64,000 bases of DNA from an uncultured Methanosarcinaceae archaeon (GCA_963847185.1 CAWJYV010000008.1:64001-128000), one strand, 5' to 3'. Shown: positions 1-11,313, numbered from the stretch's first letter. Numbers and translations are program-made. The notes: generated by a model not told the origin, from the letters alone.

Positions 1-1119
1 ATAAAAACCGATCTGAATTTTGTTGTTCGCTCTACCGGAGTAGTCGCAGGTTTTGATTCTCCGGAAGAAGTAGGTGAATTCATAAAAGCTCTGGCAGACG
101 GTTGTCTCATGGCAGGAGTCCCTCCAAAGAATATGACTCCACCGATGTCCATCTTGAATATCTCTAAAAAACTCCAGAAATACAGTAAGCTGGAAAAAGT
201 AATTTTTGATGGGGCTGTAGCAAGTGTAGTACCACCTATAGGTTCCACTGGGGTTGAAATTGTTGCAAATGAAATGGAAGGAGAGCTCGCAACAGCAGGA
301 ATTAAAGAAGCAGCCAAGCTTACAGATGTTGATTTTAGGAATCCCTGCATTTCAATTGACTTTGGGACAACTCTTGACGGCAGGATCACAAGTACTGATC
401 AGCCGTATGCAAAAACAATAGGAAACTTCTGCGGCTATGCTGGGGCAATTCCCGATGCTATTATCCGGGGATCAAAGATAGTGGATTCCAAAGTCGGAAC
501 TGCTCTTGAAATTTTTGAAAAACAAAAACCACCTTCTTTCCTTACCTTGAAAATGAAGGCCAAAGCGATTGAAGAATACGCAAAACGTATTCATGAACTC
601 ATTATCATAGAAAAGGTTCCAAAAAACAGGAAAAGATATGGAAGTGTACCTGTAAGACCAGATGCTGCCGAGGAATTGGGTGTGATTCTTATAGGTTGCG
701 ATGTAGGTGAGAACGGTACCGATATGGGTAAGCTCAGTGCTATTGGTATGGAAATTTGTAAAAATCACGGTCTTCCGATTGTTTACGCTGTAATTGACGA
801 GGTAATGGCAGGGGTAGTCTGCAGGCTGATTAAAGTCGCAAAAGAAGAGAATCTCGTTTTTGAAGACACAACGATCGGAATTACAGGCAGGGCAGGCATT
901 ACAGGGAACAAACCCAAACTGATCCTGAAGTGCCTGGACGAAATGAACATTGCTCCGAAAATAGATGAACGTGTTGTTTTTGTCGATGACGGGCTTGCCA
1001 GAGGTGCAGCCGTGATGGCTCGATGCATGAATTCTCTGGGCTCGCCACAAAATCCTCTAGGCGGCAGACATGGAGGAAAATGCATTCTTGCTCAAAGGAT
1101 CAAGTTACAGAATAAGTGA
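1..1119 (+). CDS. Methanogenesis marker protein 14 (DUF2114), 5'-truncated by window edge
   Basis: Frame 1 is open from base 1 (IKTDLNFVVRSTGVVAGF...); SIDFGTTLDGR, GITGRAGITG and DDGLARGAAVMARCMNSLG motifs recognised. Confidence 0.85.
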   Translation: MKTDLNFVVRSTGVVAGFDSPEEVGEFIKALADGCLMAGVPPKNMTPPMSILNISKKLQKYSKLEKVIFDGAVASVVPPIGSTGVEIVANEMEGELATAGIKEAAKLTDVDFRNPCISIDFGTTLDGRITSTDQPYAKTIGNFCGYAGAIPDAIIRGSKIVDSKVGTALEIFEKQKPPSFLTLKMKAKAIEEYAKRIHELIIIEKVPKNRKRYGSVPVRPDAAEELGVILIGCDVGENGTDMGKLSAIGMEICKNHGLPIVYAVIDEVMAGVVCRLIKVAKEENLVFEDTTIGITGRAGITGNKPKLILKCLDEMNIAPKIDERVVFVDDGLARGAAVMARCMNSLGSPQNPLGGRHGGKCILAQRIKLQNK

Positions 1120-1224
1120 TATTTGGAATGAATCTCCAGCAAAACTACTTGCAAACGTAAAGGTAGAGTGTTAAAAAGAAAGACAAAAAGATAAAAGAGA
1201 GTTTGTCAAATGCAGGCAGGGAAA

Positions 1225-1551
1225 TTAACCTCCTGCTCCTCCACCTCCGGCTTTTCCAACATCGAATTGTTGCATTGTTTCTTTTTCTTTTCTGAATCTT
1301 TCTTCCAGCTCTTCTGGGGTAAATTCCCTTTCTTTTTTCTTTTCTTCAGGTTTGATGTCAGTTGGTTCCAGAGTTTCTTCTTTGTACCAGAGATTTGTAC
1401 TTTCGAGCAAAACCCACACTTTTCCCTGATCGTCTTTTTTGATCTCTGTCACGCGGCTTAAGGTGTCACTATTTACGTACTTAACGACATTCCCTATTTT
1501 GATGGTTTTTTTGTTCCGCCCTACCGCTGTGATTACTTCATCTTCAGCCAT
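1225..1551 (-). CDS. DUF2098 family protein
   Basis: ATG at 1551 preceded by GGTGA RBS; IKIGNVVKYVNS...VLLESTNLWY pattern; Gly-rich GG C-terminus. Confidence 0.75.
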   Translation of the reverse strand: MAEDEVITAVGRNKKTIKIGNVVKYVNSDTLSRVTEIKKDDQGKVWVLLESTNLWYKEETLEPTDIKPEEKKKEREFTPEELEERFRKEKETMQQFDVGKAGGGGAGG

Positions 1552-1744
1552 ACTCTCACCTCGAGGGTTTTCAGGTTTCTGACGTAGGCCCTGCAAGTCC
1601 CTTTTTATTGTATTTGCTTATAGTTTGTCAGGCCCTGTAATAAACTTTATGTGACTGAAGTCCTCAGAGGTCTCTGTCTAGCTCTTTAGAGCTTTTCCAG
1701 AGACTTCCAGGATTTTAAAATAAAAAAGAAATTTAATATCTTTA

Positions 1745-2704
1745 TTAACTTTGGCTAATTTCCGTTCTGAGATCTCCCATGAGGGCAATTCTTTCAGCAT
1801 AAGCATTATGCCTGTGGATACTTTCCTCATTAGTCTGTTTGATAGTAATTACCGCATTATCAGGGAGATTCGGAAACTCTTTTACTATATTGTCTGCCAT
1901 AGTCCTTACGCAGTCTTCCACGAATTTCGGATTCGTATGTGCAGTTTCCACAACAACTTTTTCATCTGAGCGTTTTAATACCTCATACACGCTGGAACTC
2001 ATGGAGCGCTCAATAATATTGATTATGCTTTCAAGGGAAACGTCAAAGTCGTGTGCGACCTTAATTGAGATAATACCTCTTCCTCGCTGATTATGGGTTG
2101 CCATGGGAACCTTTTCCAGGAATTTTATAATTGTACTTTCCTCAACTCCAAGTGCGGAAAGTTCGTTTGCAGCCTTATCTCTCATAATTTCCTGAGCACA
2201 GGGACATGCTGTCATCCCCACAACTTCAGCACCGATGAGCTTTTTTACATCAAAGTAATCCTCGTTACCGTTTCCTCTTACAGCTGATGCTTCGGCAAAA
2301 ATATTTACAACTTCCTGGCATTTTATTCCTGTTGAGGGAGACGCACGCCTGATCATATACTCACTTTTCATACGGACTTCGGCCTGGTTGGCGTATTCAT
2401 GCCGACCAAGCAAATTGTGTGCGATATCACTGCAGAGTTGCTCAATTTCGTACACTGGCATACTGAGTACTTTTTCCAGCACTTCGTCTACAGCTTCGAA
2501 GTTCCGTGAAAGATTTGCTCCCTTCCGGTCGGAGGGCAGGTCAACAAAAACGTCAAAAGTTGAAATCAGAACGATAGGACGTTTATCTTTACGTTTGATC
2601 TCAACGAGCTTTTTCATATTTGTTACCCCTACACGGGTAAGGTTGATAGCTACGCTCGGTTTGCTGGCCTGGACGTCCGGGAGGTTGAAAGTACAATGTT
2701 CCAT
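1745..2704 (-). CDS. mptA: GTP cyclohydrolase MptA (FolE2 family, methanopterin biosynthesis)
   Basis: [32 protein letters not shown] and ESIHRHNA motifs; start taken at MEHCTF. Confidence 0.92.
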   Translation of the reverse strand: MEHCTFNLPDVQASKPSVAINLTRVGVTNMKKLVEIKRKDKRPIVLISTFDVFVDLPSDRKGANLSRNFEAVDEVLEKVLSMPVYEIEQLCSDIAHNLLGRHEYANQAEVRMKSEYMIRRASPSTGIKCQEVVNIFAEASAVRGNGNEDYFDVKKLIGAEVVGMTACPCAQEIMRDKAANELSALGVEESTIIKFLEKVPMATHNQRGRGIISIKVAHDFDVSLESIINIIERSMSSSVYEVLKRSDEKVVVETAHTNPKFVEDCVRTMADNIVKEFPNLPDNAVITIKQTNEESIHRHNAYAERIALMGDLRTEISQS

Positions 2705-3103
2705 GTTTAACCAGATCCATAAAAAGATGAATTTAATTTGTAGAATGACTTTTGACAAATATTAATTTTATATCAACTTAGAAAATATAATCACCATAAG
2801 GACTTCTAACATGTAAACCTTATGCTTTCCAAACTCTTTTTCCAAATGTACAATAAAATATAAATTTCAAAAGTGTTCAAAACCCACTTCCTGAAACCTA
2901 TTTTGGATCGCATTTCTAACAAGATATAAATATTTAAATATTTCCCATTTTCTCAACAATATTTAAAAATTTAGTTTATATATCCTTCGCAGATTAAAGG
3001 CAATTTCGCATAAACCACTAACTATAGGCAACATCCTGAAGAAAGATTTTATATACTTTAAAAATTAATCAGTGTCTAGCAATACATTTGCGAGGTGACC
3101 TTT

Positions 3104-3388
3104 ATGTCCAACACAAGAAATTTTGTTTTACGAGACGAAGACGGCAATGAGCACGGAGTTTTCACTGGAAAACAGCCCCGGCAGGCCGCTCTGAAAGCTG
3201 CAAACAGGGGCTCCGGCACCAAATCCAAACCTGATATCATCCGCCTCAGAGAACGCGGGACAAAGAAGGTGCACGTTTTCAAGGCATGGAAGGAACTGGT
3301 CGAAGCCCCCAAAAACAGGCCTGACTGGATGCCGGAGAAAATCAGCAAGCCCTTTGTCAAGAAAGAAAAAATAGAGAAACTCGAGTAA
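3104..3388 (+). CDS. Non-histone chromosomal protein MC1
   Basis: MSNTRNFVLRDEDGNEHGVFTGKQPRQAALKAANRG is the MC1 sequence; GAGGTGA RBS; TTTATATA about 50 nt upstream. Confidence 0.96.
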   Translation: MSNTRNFVLRDEDGNEHGVFTGKQPRQAALKAANRGSGTKSKPDIIRLRERGTKKVHVFKAWKELVEAPKNRPDWMPEKISKPFVKKEKIEKLE

Positions 3389-3632
3389 TATAATTACTTT
3401 CCATGCCCTGAAAATCGGGGTTCTTTCTCTTTTCCTTTCGATATCAATATACTGAATTAGCCTGGACAGCTCTTGTTTTAGTACTATCCGGGCTGGCTTA
3501 TTTTCAGTAATGTCTAATAATATGTTCTAAGTCTTTTTTATTATATTGTTTTAATTCTTTGTAAAGTCTTCAGGGGTTTTATCCCGAAATTTTAACGATA
3601 AGTTTAAAAACAGATTTTCTGATTCCTACATC

Positions 3633-4532
3633 ATGGAACTGAAAAGAGAGAACGTGCTCATTGAAGCCCTGCCTTATATGCAGGAATTTTATGATTCAAT
3701 TATGGTTATCAAAGTGGGCGGAAACGCAATGGTCAGCTCCCAGATAATGGAGGATATCATAAAAGATGTTGTTCTCCTGCGTTATGTGGGAATAAAACCT
3801 GTTATTGTTCACGGCGGGGGACCCGAAATTACAGAAAAAATGGAGCGTATGGGCAAAAAAGCTGAGTTTTTCCAGGGCCTGCGTATTACAGATGATGAGA
3901 CCATGGAGATTGCCAGGATGGTCCTTGTGGGAAATATCAATACCAAAATCGTGTCCCTTATCGGAGTTTCCGGAGGAAAGGGTATTGGGCTTACGGGTCA
4001 CGACGGAAGAATGATTTTGGGGCATAAACAGGCTGCTAAAAAAGTAATCGTTAATGGTGTTGAGACCGAAGTGGATATCGGATGGGTTGGAGAAAGCGAA
4101 GTCATCAATCCTGAGATTCTCCATATAATGCTCGAAAGCGGTTATATTCCGGTTATCTCTCCCATTGCGGTTGATGCAAAAGGTAATGCTCTTAACATTA
4201 ATGCAGATACAGTAGCAGGTGATATTGCCGCAGCCCTGAATGCTAAAAAACTGATTCTAATGACTGATGTTTCAGGCCTCCTGAGAAACGTAAAGGATTC
4301 GAGTAGCCGCATATCTCACATAACTCTGGATGATATCGATCCTCTTATCGCTGAAGGTGTTATACAGGGGGGTATGATCCCTAAAATTAAAGGCGCTGCA
4401 GTAGCAGTAAAAGGTGGAGTTGAAAGGGCTCACATAATAAATGGAAGCGTTTCTCATTCCATGCTTCTTGAACTCTTTACCGACTGTGGAGTCGGAACCA
4501 TGGTCCGCAGGCCCGAAAAACAAGAAGAATGA
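3633..4532 (+). CDS. argB: Acetylglutamate kinase
   Basis: VIKVGGNA, VHGGGPEI, GLRITD, NINADT and GGMIPK motifs. Confidence 0.95.
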   Translation: MELKRENVLIEALPYMQEFYDSIMVIKVGGNAMVSSQIMEDIIKDVVLLRYVGIKPVIVHGGGPEITEKMERMGKKAEFFQGLRITDDETMEIARMVLVGNINTKIVSLIGVSGGKGIGLTGHDGRMILGHKQAAKKVIVNGVETEVDIGWVGESEVINPEILHIMLESGYIPVISPIAVDAKGNALNINADTVAGDIAAALNAKKLILMTDVSGLLRNVKDSSSRISHITLDDIDPLIAEGVIQGGMIPKIKGAAVAVKGGVERAHIINGSVSHSMLLELFTDCGVGTMVRRPEKQEE

Positions 4533-4651
4533 TTATAGGTTATTCGATGACTTTACAGAAGAGTTAGAATTTTGATATTTCTTGGCAAATATTGACAAAT
4601 CTTCGTAAATTTTGACAATACGATAAATAATGAGATAATTCATGAAGATCT

Positions 4652-5156
4652 ATGGATTTATTTCTCAGGCCTGTCAGGTTAAGTGATGCTGAAGACATCA
4701 ATCAGATAAGAAGACAAAAGGAGATCAGGGTCAATACGCTTGCCCTGACTACTGAGACCGTTGACTTTACGGAAGGATTTTTGAGAAGCATGGGCAGTGA
4801 TGACTATTTACTGATAGCCGAACTCAAAGGAAAAGTTATTGGAAAGGTAGGGTCCATCTTATAAAAAGCGCCAGGCAAAGGCGTTCTGCCTTCCTTGGAA
4901 TTATGGTAAGGACTGAATATCAGGGACAGGGCATTGGGAAAATCTTGATGGAAAACATTCTTACCTAGTAGATAACTGGCTCATGCTTGCAAGGATCGAG
5001 CTTGAAGTTAGTACAGACAATGAAAAAGCTATCAATTTTTACCAGTCTTTTGGTTTTGAGGCCGAAGGAAAGAAGAGATACGCAATAATAAAAGATGGGG
5101 AGTATGCCGACCTTCTCATGATGGCCAGGTACAATATTCCCGCTCAATTTAAATAA
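4652..5156 (+). pseudogene. GNAT N-acetyltransferase (YhhY/AaaT-like) with two frameshifts
   Basis: Frame 1 runs ...ELKGKVIGKVG; after a shift near 4852 it continues HLIKSARQRRSAFLGIMVRTEYQGQGIGKILMENIL (motif A QxxGxG); after a second shift near 4963 it continues LVDNWLMLARIELEVSTDNEKAINFYQSFGFEAEG...AQFK*. Confidence 0.85.
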
Positions 5157-5176
5157 ATGAGAAATCTTTTGTGACT

Positions 5177-6217
5177 TTAATCTAAAATGGGTGTTCCGTA
5201 GGTAAAGTCATCAAGTTCCAGGACTTTTTTCCAGAGCTCTTTGCATTCGCAGTCTACTCTGCTGAGGTCAGCTGGGTTCTGGGTAAGTGAAAAAGTCCTC
5301 AGGGAATCTGCAACTTCTGAGCTGCATTTTTTACAGTTGCGAGGGCCACGTTTTGAACCTGCTCCGACAGGATCAGACATGAGTGGGAGGTCTGGATGGG
5401 CTGCTTTTGCTTTCTGCAGGATATCCACTATGCTCCAGAGCCACGGGGGTCGGTACTGGCCTTTTTCCCAGAAAGCCTCAACAAGGGTTCCTTTCTGGAC
5501 ATTGCAAAGATTGATGGAGATTGTGTCAGCATAAGGAGCTGCGTCATCTATTGAACGCAAGATGTCTTCTAAGGCCTGGCGTTCGGAAAGGAAGAGAGGT
5601 TTTAACATCAGGTAAGCTTTTACGGTTGCACCGTGTTTTTTTGCAATTTCTGCTGCGCGGACAAAGTCTTTGAAGGTGAAACCTTTGTTTATTGAGTCTT
5701 TTCGGATTCTGTCCGAACTTGTTTCCAGTCCGAAAGCCAGCTCAAAAGGCTTGTACCCCAGAGTTTTGAGGCATTCCTGCACATTTTCTTCGGTTACATA
5801 GTTGGGACGAGTTTCCACAAGTACTTTAGTAACTCTTGAATCGTCTGCGAGAGTTTTAAGGATCGTATCTCTGGCTTCCCCGGGAACTTCCTGTTCGTCA
5901 AGGAAACTACCTGAGGTAAAGATTTTGACCATAAACTCAGGGAATTTCTCGGCTTTCTTCATTGCTTTTGCAAGCTGGGCTTTATAATCTTCCAGGGTCG
6001 GAGGTTCACTTGCGCAGTCATAGACGTAACCGCACATTGTACAACCCCCAGCTTTCCCCCAGCGGCAGCCCGCGCTCTTGAAGATTATAGTGAGGGTCTT
6101 TATTTGAATCCCGTCTACAAGGTCTACTCCTGTCCAGCTTGCCGCAGGTTCGTCTGTAGGAGAGGGCTTTACTTTAATCCGCTGCCGGATTTCTATTACT
6201 GCTTTATTCAGGGTCAT
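5177..6217 (-). CDS. Archaeosine biosynthesis radical SAM protein RaSEA (TIGR01210-type)
   Basis: GCRWGKAGGCTMC, KIFTSGSFLD, ETRP, GLET and YRPPWLWS motifs. Confidence 0.88.
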   Translation of the reverse strand: MTLNKAVIEIRQRIKVKPSPTDEPAASWTGVDLVDGIQIKTLTIIFKSAGCRWGKAGGCTMCGYVYDCASEPPTLEDYKAQLAKAMKKAEKFPEFMVKIFTSGSFLDEQEVPGEARDTILKTLADDSRVTKVLVETRPNYVTEENVQECLKTLGYKPFELAFGLETSSDRIRKDSINKGFTFKDFVRAAEIAKKHGATVKAYLMLKPLFLSERQALEDILRSIDDAAPYADTISINLCNVQKGTLVEAFWEKGQYRPPWLWSIVDILQKAKAAHPDLPLMSDPVGAGSKRGPRNCKKCSSEVADSLRTFSLTQNPADLSRVDCECKELWKKVLELDDFTYGTPILD

Positions 6218-6342
6218 GGGCGAAAAACTCGCTTTATAATTCTTGGAATTCGTAAAACAGGTTTTGAAGCTGAAAAGACAGCTTCATTATTCTTTATACT
6301 TGATTATTCTGTATTTCTTTTGCTTTATTTTTGTTCAAATTT

Positions 6343-7260
6343 TTATTCAAACTCAATTGTTGCAGGAGGCTTGGGAGTAATATCATAGACTACTCTAGCT
6401 ACCTTCGGGATTTCGGAAGTAATTCTGGCTTCCAGGTGCTTGAGGACATCCCAGGGAAGCTCGAGAGCTTCTGCAGTCATTCCGTCTCTGGATCCTACAG
6501 CCCTTACAGCTATGATCCAGCCGTAAGCCCTGATATCTCCTTTGACTCCTGTTCCCTTTCCAAGCACGGCAGCAAAAGTCTGCCATGGACAGAATCTGTC
6601 AAGAAGTTCTTCTTCTACAATTGCATTTGCCTCGCGCACGACCTCCAGTTTCTCTTCGGTAATTTCTCCTAGAATCCTAACAGCAAGCCCTGGTCCGGGG
6701 AAAGGCATCCTTTCGCAGATTTCGTCAGGAAGCTGGAGAGCCCAGGCAACTTCTCTCACCTCATCCTTGTAAAGATCTTCAACAGGCTCAACGATTTTCT
6801 TGAAATCCATTACACTCGGCAGTCCGCCTACATTGTGATGAGACTTGATTCCACCTTCGGACTCAATCCTGTCAGGATAAATCGTGCCCTGAATCAGGTA
6901 ATCGGCTGCAAGCTTCTTTGCTTCCTCTTCAAATACCCGGATAAAAGTCTCGCCTATAGCTTTTCTTTTCTCTTCAGGGTCAGTGACGTCTTTCAGGGCT
7001 GCAAGAAACTTATCCTTTGCATAAACAACATCAAGATTCATGTGAGAGAAGATGTGCTTTATTCTCTCAGTTTCTCCTTTCCTCATTAGCCCTGTATCTA
7101 TATAGATAGGCTGCAGTCTGTCTCCAATTGCTCTATAAGCCAGTTCCGCACAAACAGAACTGTCCACGCCGCCTGAAAGTGCAATAATCGCCCTTCCGTC
7201 CTTAATTTCCTTGCTGATTTTCTCAATCGCTTTTGGGATGAATTTATCGGGTTTTACCAT
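6343..7260 (-). CDS. guaA: GMP synthase, ATP pyrophosphatase subunit B
   Basis: SGGVDSS PP-loop, [28 protein letters not shown] and KPPATIEFE. Confidence 0.96.
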   Translation of the reverse strand: MVKPDKFIPKAIEKISKEIKDGRAIIALSGGVDSSVCAELAYRAIGDRLQPIYIDTGLMRKGETERIKHIFSHMNLDVVYAKDKFLAALKDVTDPEEKRKAIGETFIRVFEEEAKKLAADYLIQGTIYPDRIESEGGIKSHHNVGGLPSVMDFKKIVEPVEDLYKDEVREVAWALQLPDEICERMPFPGPGLAVRILGEITEEKLEVVREANAIVEEELLDRFCPWQTFAAVLGKGTGVKGDIRAYGWIIAVRAVGSRDGMTAEALELPWDVLKHLEARITSEIPKVARVVYDITPKPPATIEFE

Positions 7261-7764
7261 TCAAATTCTCCTGAAATGATGCTAAACTGGATTCCGTTGA
7301 AAAAATGATCGTGATCAGTGAACACTATATTAATTATATGAACTTGATTATATTTTATTGTGATATATGAGTCTGTGCAAGGGGTTTTTGATATTTAAAG
7401 GTATCATAAATGAAGTTTAAATTATGTAAAAATATTAAAATCAATGTAAATGTTGAAAAAGAGTCTTTAAATCCAATTTTTTTATAAATGAGATTATGTT
7501 CTTTTAAATTTACATCCTAATGTTTTCGTTTTATATCTCACTGATCAGTAACTTACTAGCTGGTGAGACACATAAAAGAGGGTTGAAAACTATTTTTTGA
7601 ATATTTTGTGAAAAATCAAAAATCTGAGGCAGGAGAATAAGTAAAATTTTTTAGACAAATCTAAATTTCTTTCAACGCTCTTCAAAAAATCAAAGATTAT
7701 TGTTATATACAAAGCTTTTCCAAAAATATTCCCATTACTAAATGGACAGGAATTGGTGATAGAA

Positions 7765-7908
7765 ATGAGCAATGAGAATTACGAACTGATCGACAAACTT
7801 GAAAATATTGCAAAATCTCTTGAGAGTCTTGCAGAATCCCAGAAAAGGATAGCTGACACCCTGGAATGGATAGTGAAAGAAAAGGCGATTGTGAGTTTAG
7901 ATAGCTGA
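7765..7908 (+). CDS. Unannotated 47-aa small coiled-coil protein
   Basis: GGTGA RBS at 7755-7759, ATG at 7765; MSNENYELIDKLENIAKSLESLAESQKRIADTLEWIVKEKAIVSLDS*; TTATATA near 7703. Confidence 0.65.
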   Translation: MSNENYELIDKLENIAKSLESLAESQKRIADTLEWIVKEKAIVSLDS

Positions 7909-8241
7909 AATTTACTTGATAACATGCAGAAAGAGTAAAAGACTATTAAATTAGGATTGGAATCCGCTTAAAAACAGTGAAGACTTTCCGAAGATTCAGG
8001 GGAAAAAAGTCTGAGAGAAAAACTATTTTGGAATGAAGGCAGTTCTGAAGTAAAAACTGATACTGTAAAACTTAATACAAAATCAAGTTGAATCTCAGTA
8101 ATTTAATGCCTTGATTTCTTCTGGACAAGTTCTTTTTGAATTTTCTGTTTGGGATTAATAACCTTTATAAATAAGCGATTTTACTTTTGACCATTTATTT
8201 TGCATTTCCAGCATGTATTTTGCATTTCCAGCATTTTACAC

Positions 8242-8916
8242 TTACCATATTTTTGGAATTAATCTGTTAGTTCTTTTCATGTAATCACCGTATCCTTCAA
8301 CTTCTCGAATTAGGACTTCTTCTTCAAACTTTAGCCTGGTAAGAAAGAGGATTATTAGCAGTACTGATATGCCCAGGGAGCAGTAAGCATTGAGAGTAAG
8401 AGGAATGCCAAGGGTCTGAATTATGTTTCCTGCATAAGCCGGATGTCTTATGAATTTATAAGGACCGCTTTCCACAAGTTTATGGTCGTCTTTAATCTCT
8501 ATATGGACAGAGAAGTATTTTCCCAGTGTCCACATACCCCAGGCGCGTAGGCCTGTACCTAATACTATCAGAGCTGCTCCTGTGATTGTAATGATAAGAT
8601 TATATCTCGGATAGAAGCTGTATTCAAGAAGAGGAAAAGTTAAGAGGAAACTCCAGGAAAATAAAAGCGAATAACGGGTCCATTTTTTTGACTGGCCTCC
8701 TTTAATTTCCGAACCTCTGTACGCAATTCTTTCCATAACCAGATAAAAAAACAGGGCTCCTGCATAAATATAAACTGGAAAATGGTTCAAAGAATCCCAT
8801 CTTTCGTCCAGAACTCTACAGGTTTCAGAAGCCAGCAAAATCATGAGGATACCTATAGCCCAATTTATCCATTTTTCAGTTCTGTTTCCTTCTATTCGGG
8901 TTTCAGACTTTTCCAT
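8242..8916 (-). CDS. Isoprenylcysteine carboxyl methyltransferase (ICMT/Ste14) family membrane protein
   Basis: Multiple TM segments; HKLVESGPYKFIRHPAYAG and EEEVL...YGDYMKRT.RLIPKIW. Confidence 0.88.
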   Translation of the reverse strand: MEKSETRIEGNRTEKWINWAIGILMILLASETCRVLDERWDSLNHFPVYIYAGALFFYLVMERIAYRGSEIKGGQSKKWTRYSLLFSWSFLLTFPLLEYSFYPRYNLIITITGAALIVLGTGLRAWGMWTLGKYFSVHIEIKDDHKLVESGPYKFIRHPAYAGNIIQTLGIPLTLNAYCSLGISVLLIILFLTRLKFEEEVLIREVEGYGDYMKRTNRLIPKIW

Positions 8917-9133
8917 CTAATCTTTTAATAAAAGTAATTCTTTTTGTACTTTTTCCAGGAATTGTATAGAGCTTAGAAAAATACTTCAGAAAAGAGAGTC
9001 AGAAAATAAATCCGAATAATATGTGAGTTTTCAAATTCTCAAAACATAGTTAAAAGAGCTTTAAGAATACAATCATAGAATACATAAAAACAAACCGTCA
9101 AAGATATTACTATTGGAAGCTTCATTCAGCAGT

Positions 9134-9682
9134 ATGAAAGAAGCCCTTCTCCTTATTGATATCCAGAACGACTATTTTTCAGGGGGCAAGATGGAACTTG
9201 TGGGTATGGAAGAAGCATCAAAAAAGGCAGCAAAAATTCTTCAGGTATTCCGTGCCGCAGAGAAGCCTATTTTCTTTATCAAGCACCTCTCTACTAGACC
9301 AGATGCCACTTTCTTTATGCCTGGAACTCCAGGAATAGAGATTCATACAAGTATCAGCCCTTTACCTGAAGAGAAAGTAGTTGAGAAAAATTTTCCAAAC
9401 AGCTTTTTCCAGACTGAACTCCTTTCTCTTCTGAAAGAAAAAGATGTGACGAATCTTGTAATTTGCGGGGCAATGAGCCACATGTGTATAGACACGACTG
9501 TCAGGGCTGCAAAAGAAATTGGTTTTACATGTACTTTGATTGCTGATGCCTGTGCCACCCGCAGCCTTATGTTTAAGAATGAAACTTTACCTGCACAGAG
9601 TGTCCATACAGCCTTCATGGCGGCTCTGAATGGTATGTTTGCAACTGTTATAACTGCTGGTGAGTTCGTTTCTGATATTTAA
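9134..9682 (+). CDS. Isochorismatase-family cysteine hydrolase
   Basis: ALLLIDIQNDYF, KNFPNSF and GAMSHMCIDTT (Asp-Lys-Cys triad). Confidence 0.9.
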   Translation: MKEALLLIDIQNDYFSGGKMELVGMEEASKKAAKILQVFRAAEKPIFFIKHLSTRPDATFFMPGTPGIEIHTSISPLPEEKVVEKNFPNSFFQTELLSLLKEKDVTNLVICGAMSHMCIDTTVRAAKEIGFTCTLIADACATRSLMFKNETLPAQSVHTAFMAALNGMFATVITAGEFVSDI

Positions 9683-9832
9683 TTTTTGAACTTTTTTTCT
9701 AAAACTATTTTTATCATAGCTTTATAAATCTCTGATAATAAAAGAAAGGGTAAAAAGGTAGTTGCAAAGATAAATAACGTAGTAGCAGAGATAAATAAAG
9801 AACTACTACCTTAAATACTATTTTTAAATAAA

Positions 9833-10228
9833 TTAAGTTGCCCTGCCATTTTGACAGAAGTGATTATTCGGATTTGCATCCTTGAGATCATACTTTTCCC
9901 ATACTTCACATGAACCACAAATACATTGTCTGTCAAAATTGAGATCCTGGCAGGTAGCTTTTCCTGTTGAGCAATACATTCCTGCAAAATCCTCTTGATC
10001 CGGAACTTCTCCTTCAGGCATGCTTTCCATTGCTTTTTTTGAACTCTTAACTTTATCCCGTGTACAATTACTTTCAGCCTGAACCGGACACTGTTGGCAT
10101 CTACATCTGTTAATATTTACAGATATATAAGGAACTACAAAATCCGTGCCTCTTTCAAAAGTTATATCTCTGTCTCTGGGCGTTATAGAGCCCCTCTCTT
10201 CGGTTGATGTGTTTCTTCCTTTATTCAT
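9833..10228 (-). CDS. Cys-rich protein, DUF2769-like
   Basis: CRCQQCP, YCSTGKA and CICGSCEV...FC patterns. Confidence 0.7.
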   Translation of the reverse strand: MNKGRNTSTEERGSITPRDRDITFERGTDFVVPYISVNINRCRCQQCPVQAESNCTRDKVKSSKKAMESMPEGEVPDQEDFAGMYCSTGKATCQDLNFDRQCICGSCEVWEKYDLKDANPNNHFCQNGRAT

Positions 10229-10521
10229 ATTATCCCCAAATTAATATCCAATTGGTTTTCCCATTTTAGGTTTTAGTTTTAGGACATAAAAGTGTTTTCA
10301 GTTTTAGAACGAATATACAGTATTAGCTTTAATTTTCTTTACAACTGAATTCAATAATAACTTGAGTTCCCAAAAAAATAAAGCTAAGAGGTATTGAAAA
10401 CTCGAAAAAAATGAAACAAGGAATAAGAAAGCAGCTTTCTTTCCGAGCAGTTAAGAGAGAGTATCTACATCCAGAAAGATTGATCACAATTTCAGAAAAA
10501 ATGTTTATTTTCTTAGTTTCT

Positions 10522-10872
10522 TCAATTACTGGTAACAGGATATCCGGCGTTTACCCAGGCACTGATGCCACCAGCCATATTATATACCTGTGAATATCCT
10601 GCATTTATAAGGATTTTACTTGCTGCTGTACTTCTATGCCCTGTTCTGCAGTAAATCAGTATCTTTTTATTTTGAGGAACTTCATTTATCCTTGTTTCTA
10701 AAAGCATGTTTGAACTCAGGTTTGATCCAAAAGCATTATTTACGGGAATTAGAGTTGCCCCTTTGACATGCGACGAGTTAAATTCAGCAGGTGTTCGGAC
10801 GTCAAGTACGAACACATCATCGCCTTCTTCAATCATTTTCCTGGCTTCTTCTACACTTACATTCTTAAACAT
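10522..10872 (-). CDS. Rhodanese-like domain protein (N-terminal signal possibly lost by frameshift)
   Basis: LDVRTPAEFNSSHVKGA, YCRTGHRS active-site loop and MAGGISAW. Confidence 0.88.
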   Translation of the reverse strand: MFKNVSVEEARKMIEEGDDVFVLDVRTPAEFNSSHVKGATLIPVNNAFGSNLSSNMLLETRINEVPQNKKILIYCRTGHRSTAASKILINAGYSQVYNMAGGISAWVNAGYPVTSN

Positions 10873-11313
10873 TGCCGGGTCCCTTTCGTTTTCAGTTGTA
10901 ATGATTAATACAGTTGCTATAAGTTGAAAATGAGAGTGCCAAAAACATAAAATATTTCTTTAATCAAGTTCTTCCCTTATTAAAGGCATCTGGAGTTAGT
11001 TTGATGCATACTTTGTAAGTACGCTATCGTTTGTATATGATGTGCTTCTTGAATATAATTCTGATTACTTTTGTTACTTGCAAAAATTATTGGTCTCCTT
11101 TACATCGTGTCTACATGTTTAGGCCAGCTTTTATTTATATAATATCTGCCAGGTAGGTAAAAATCTCCAGATTCAATAATTTCTGGAAGAATATGCTGAT
11201 GAGAATCGGTGATGGAAAACTGAATCCCGGCTGAAAAGAGAGTCAAAAACCAGAAAATTTAAGCATTTTTGAATTTTCTTCACCAGATTTTTAATCATAA
11301 AAATGTGAATAGA

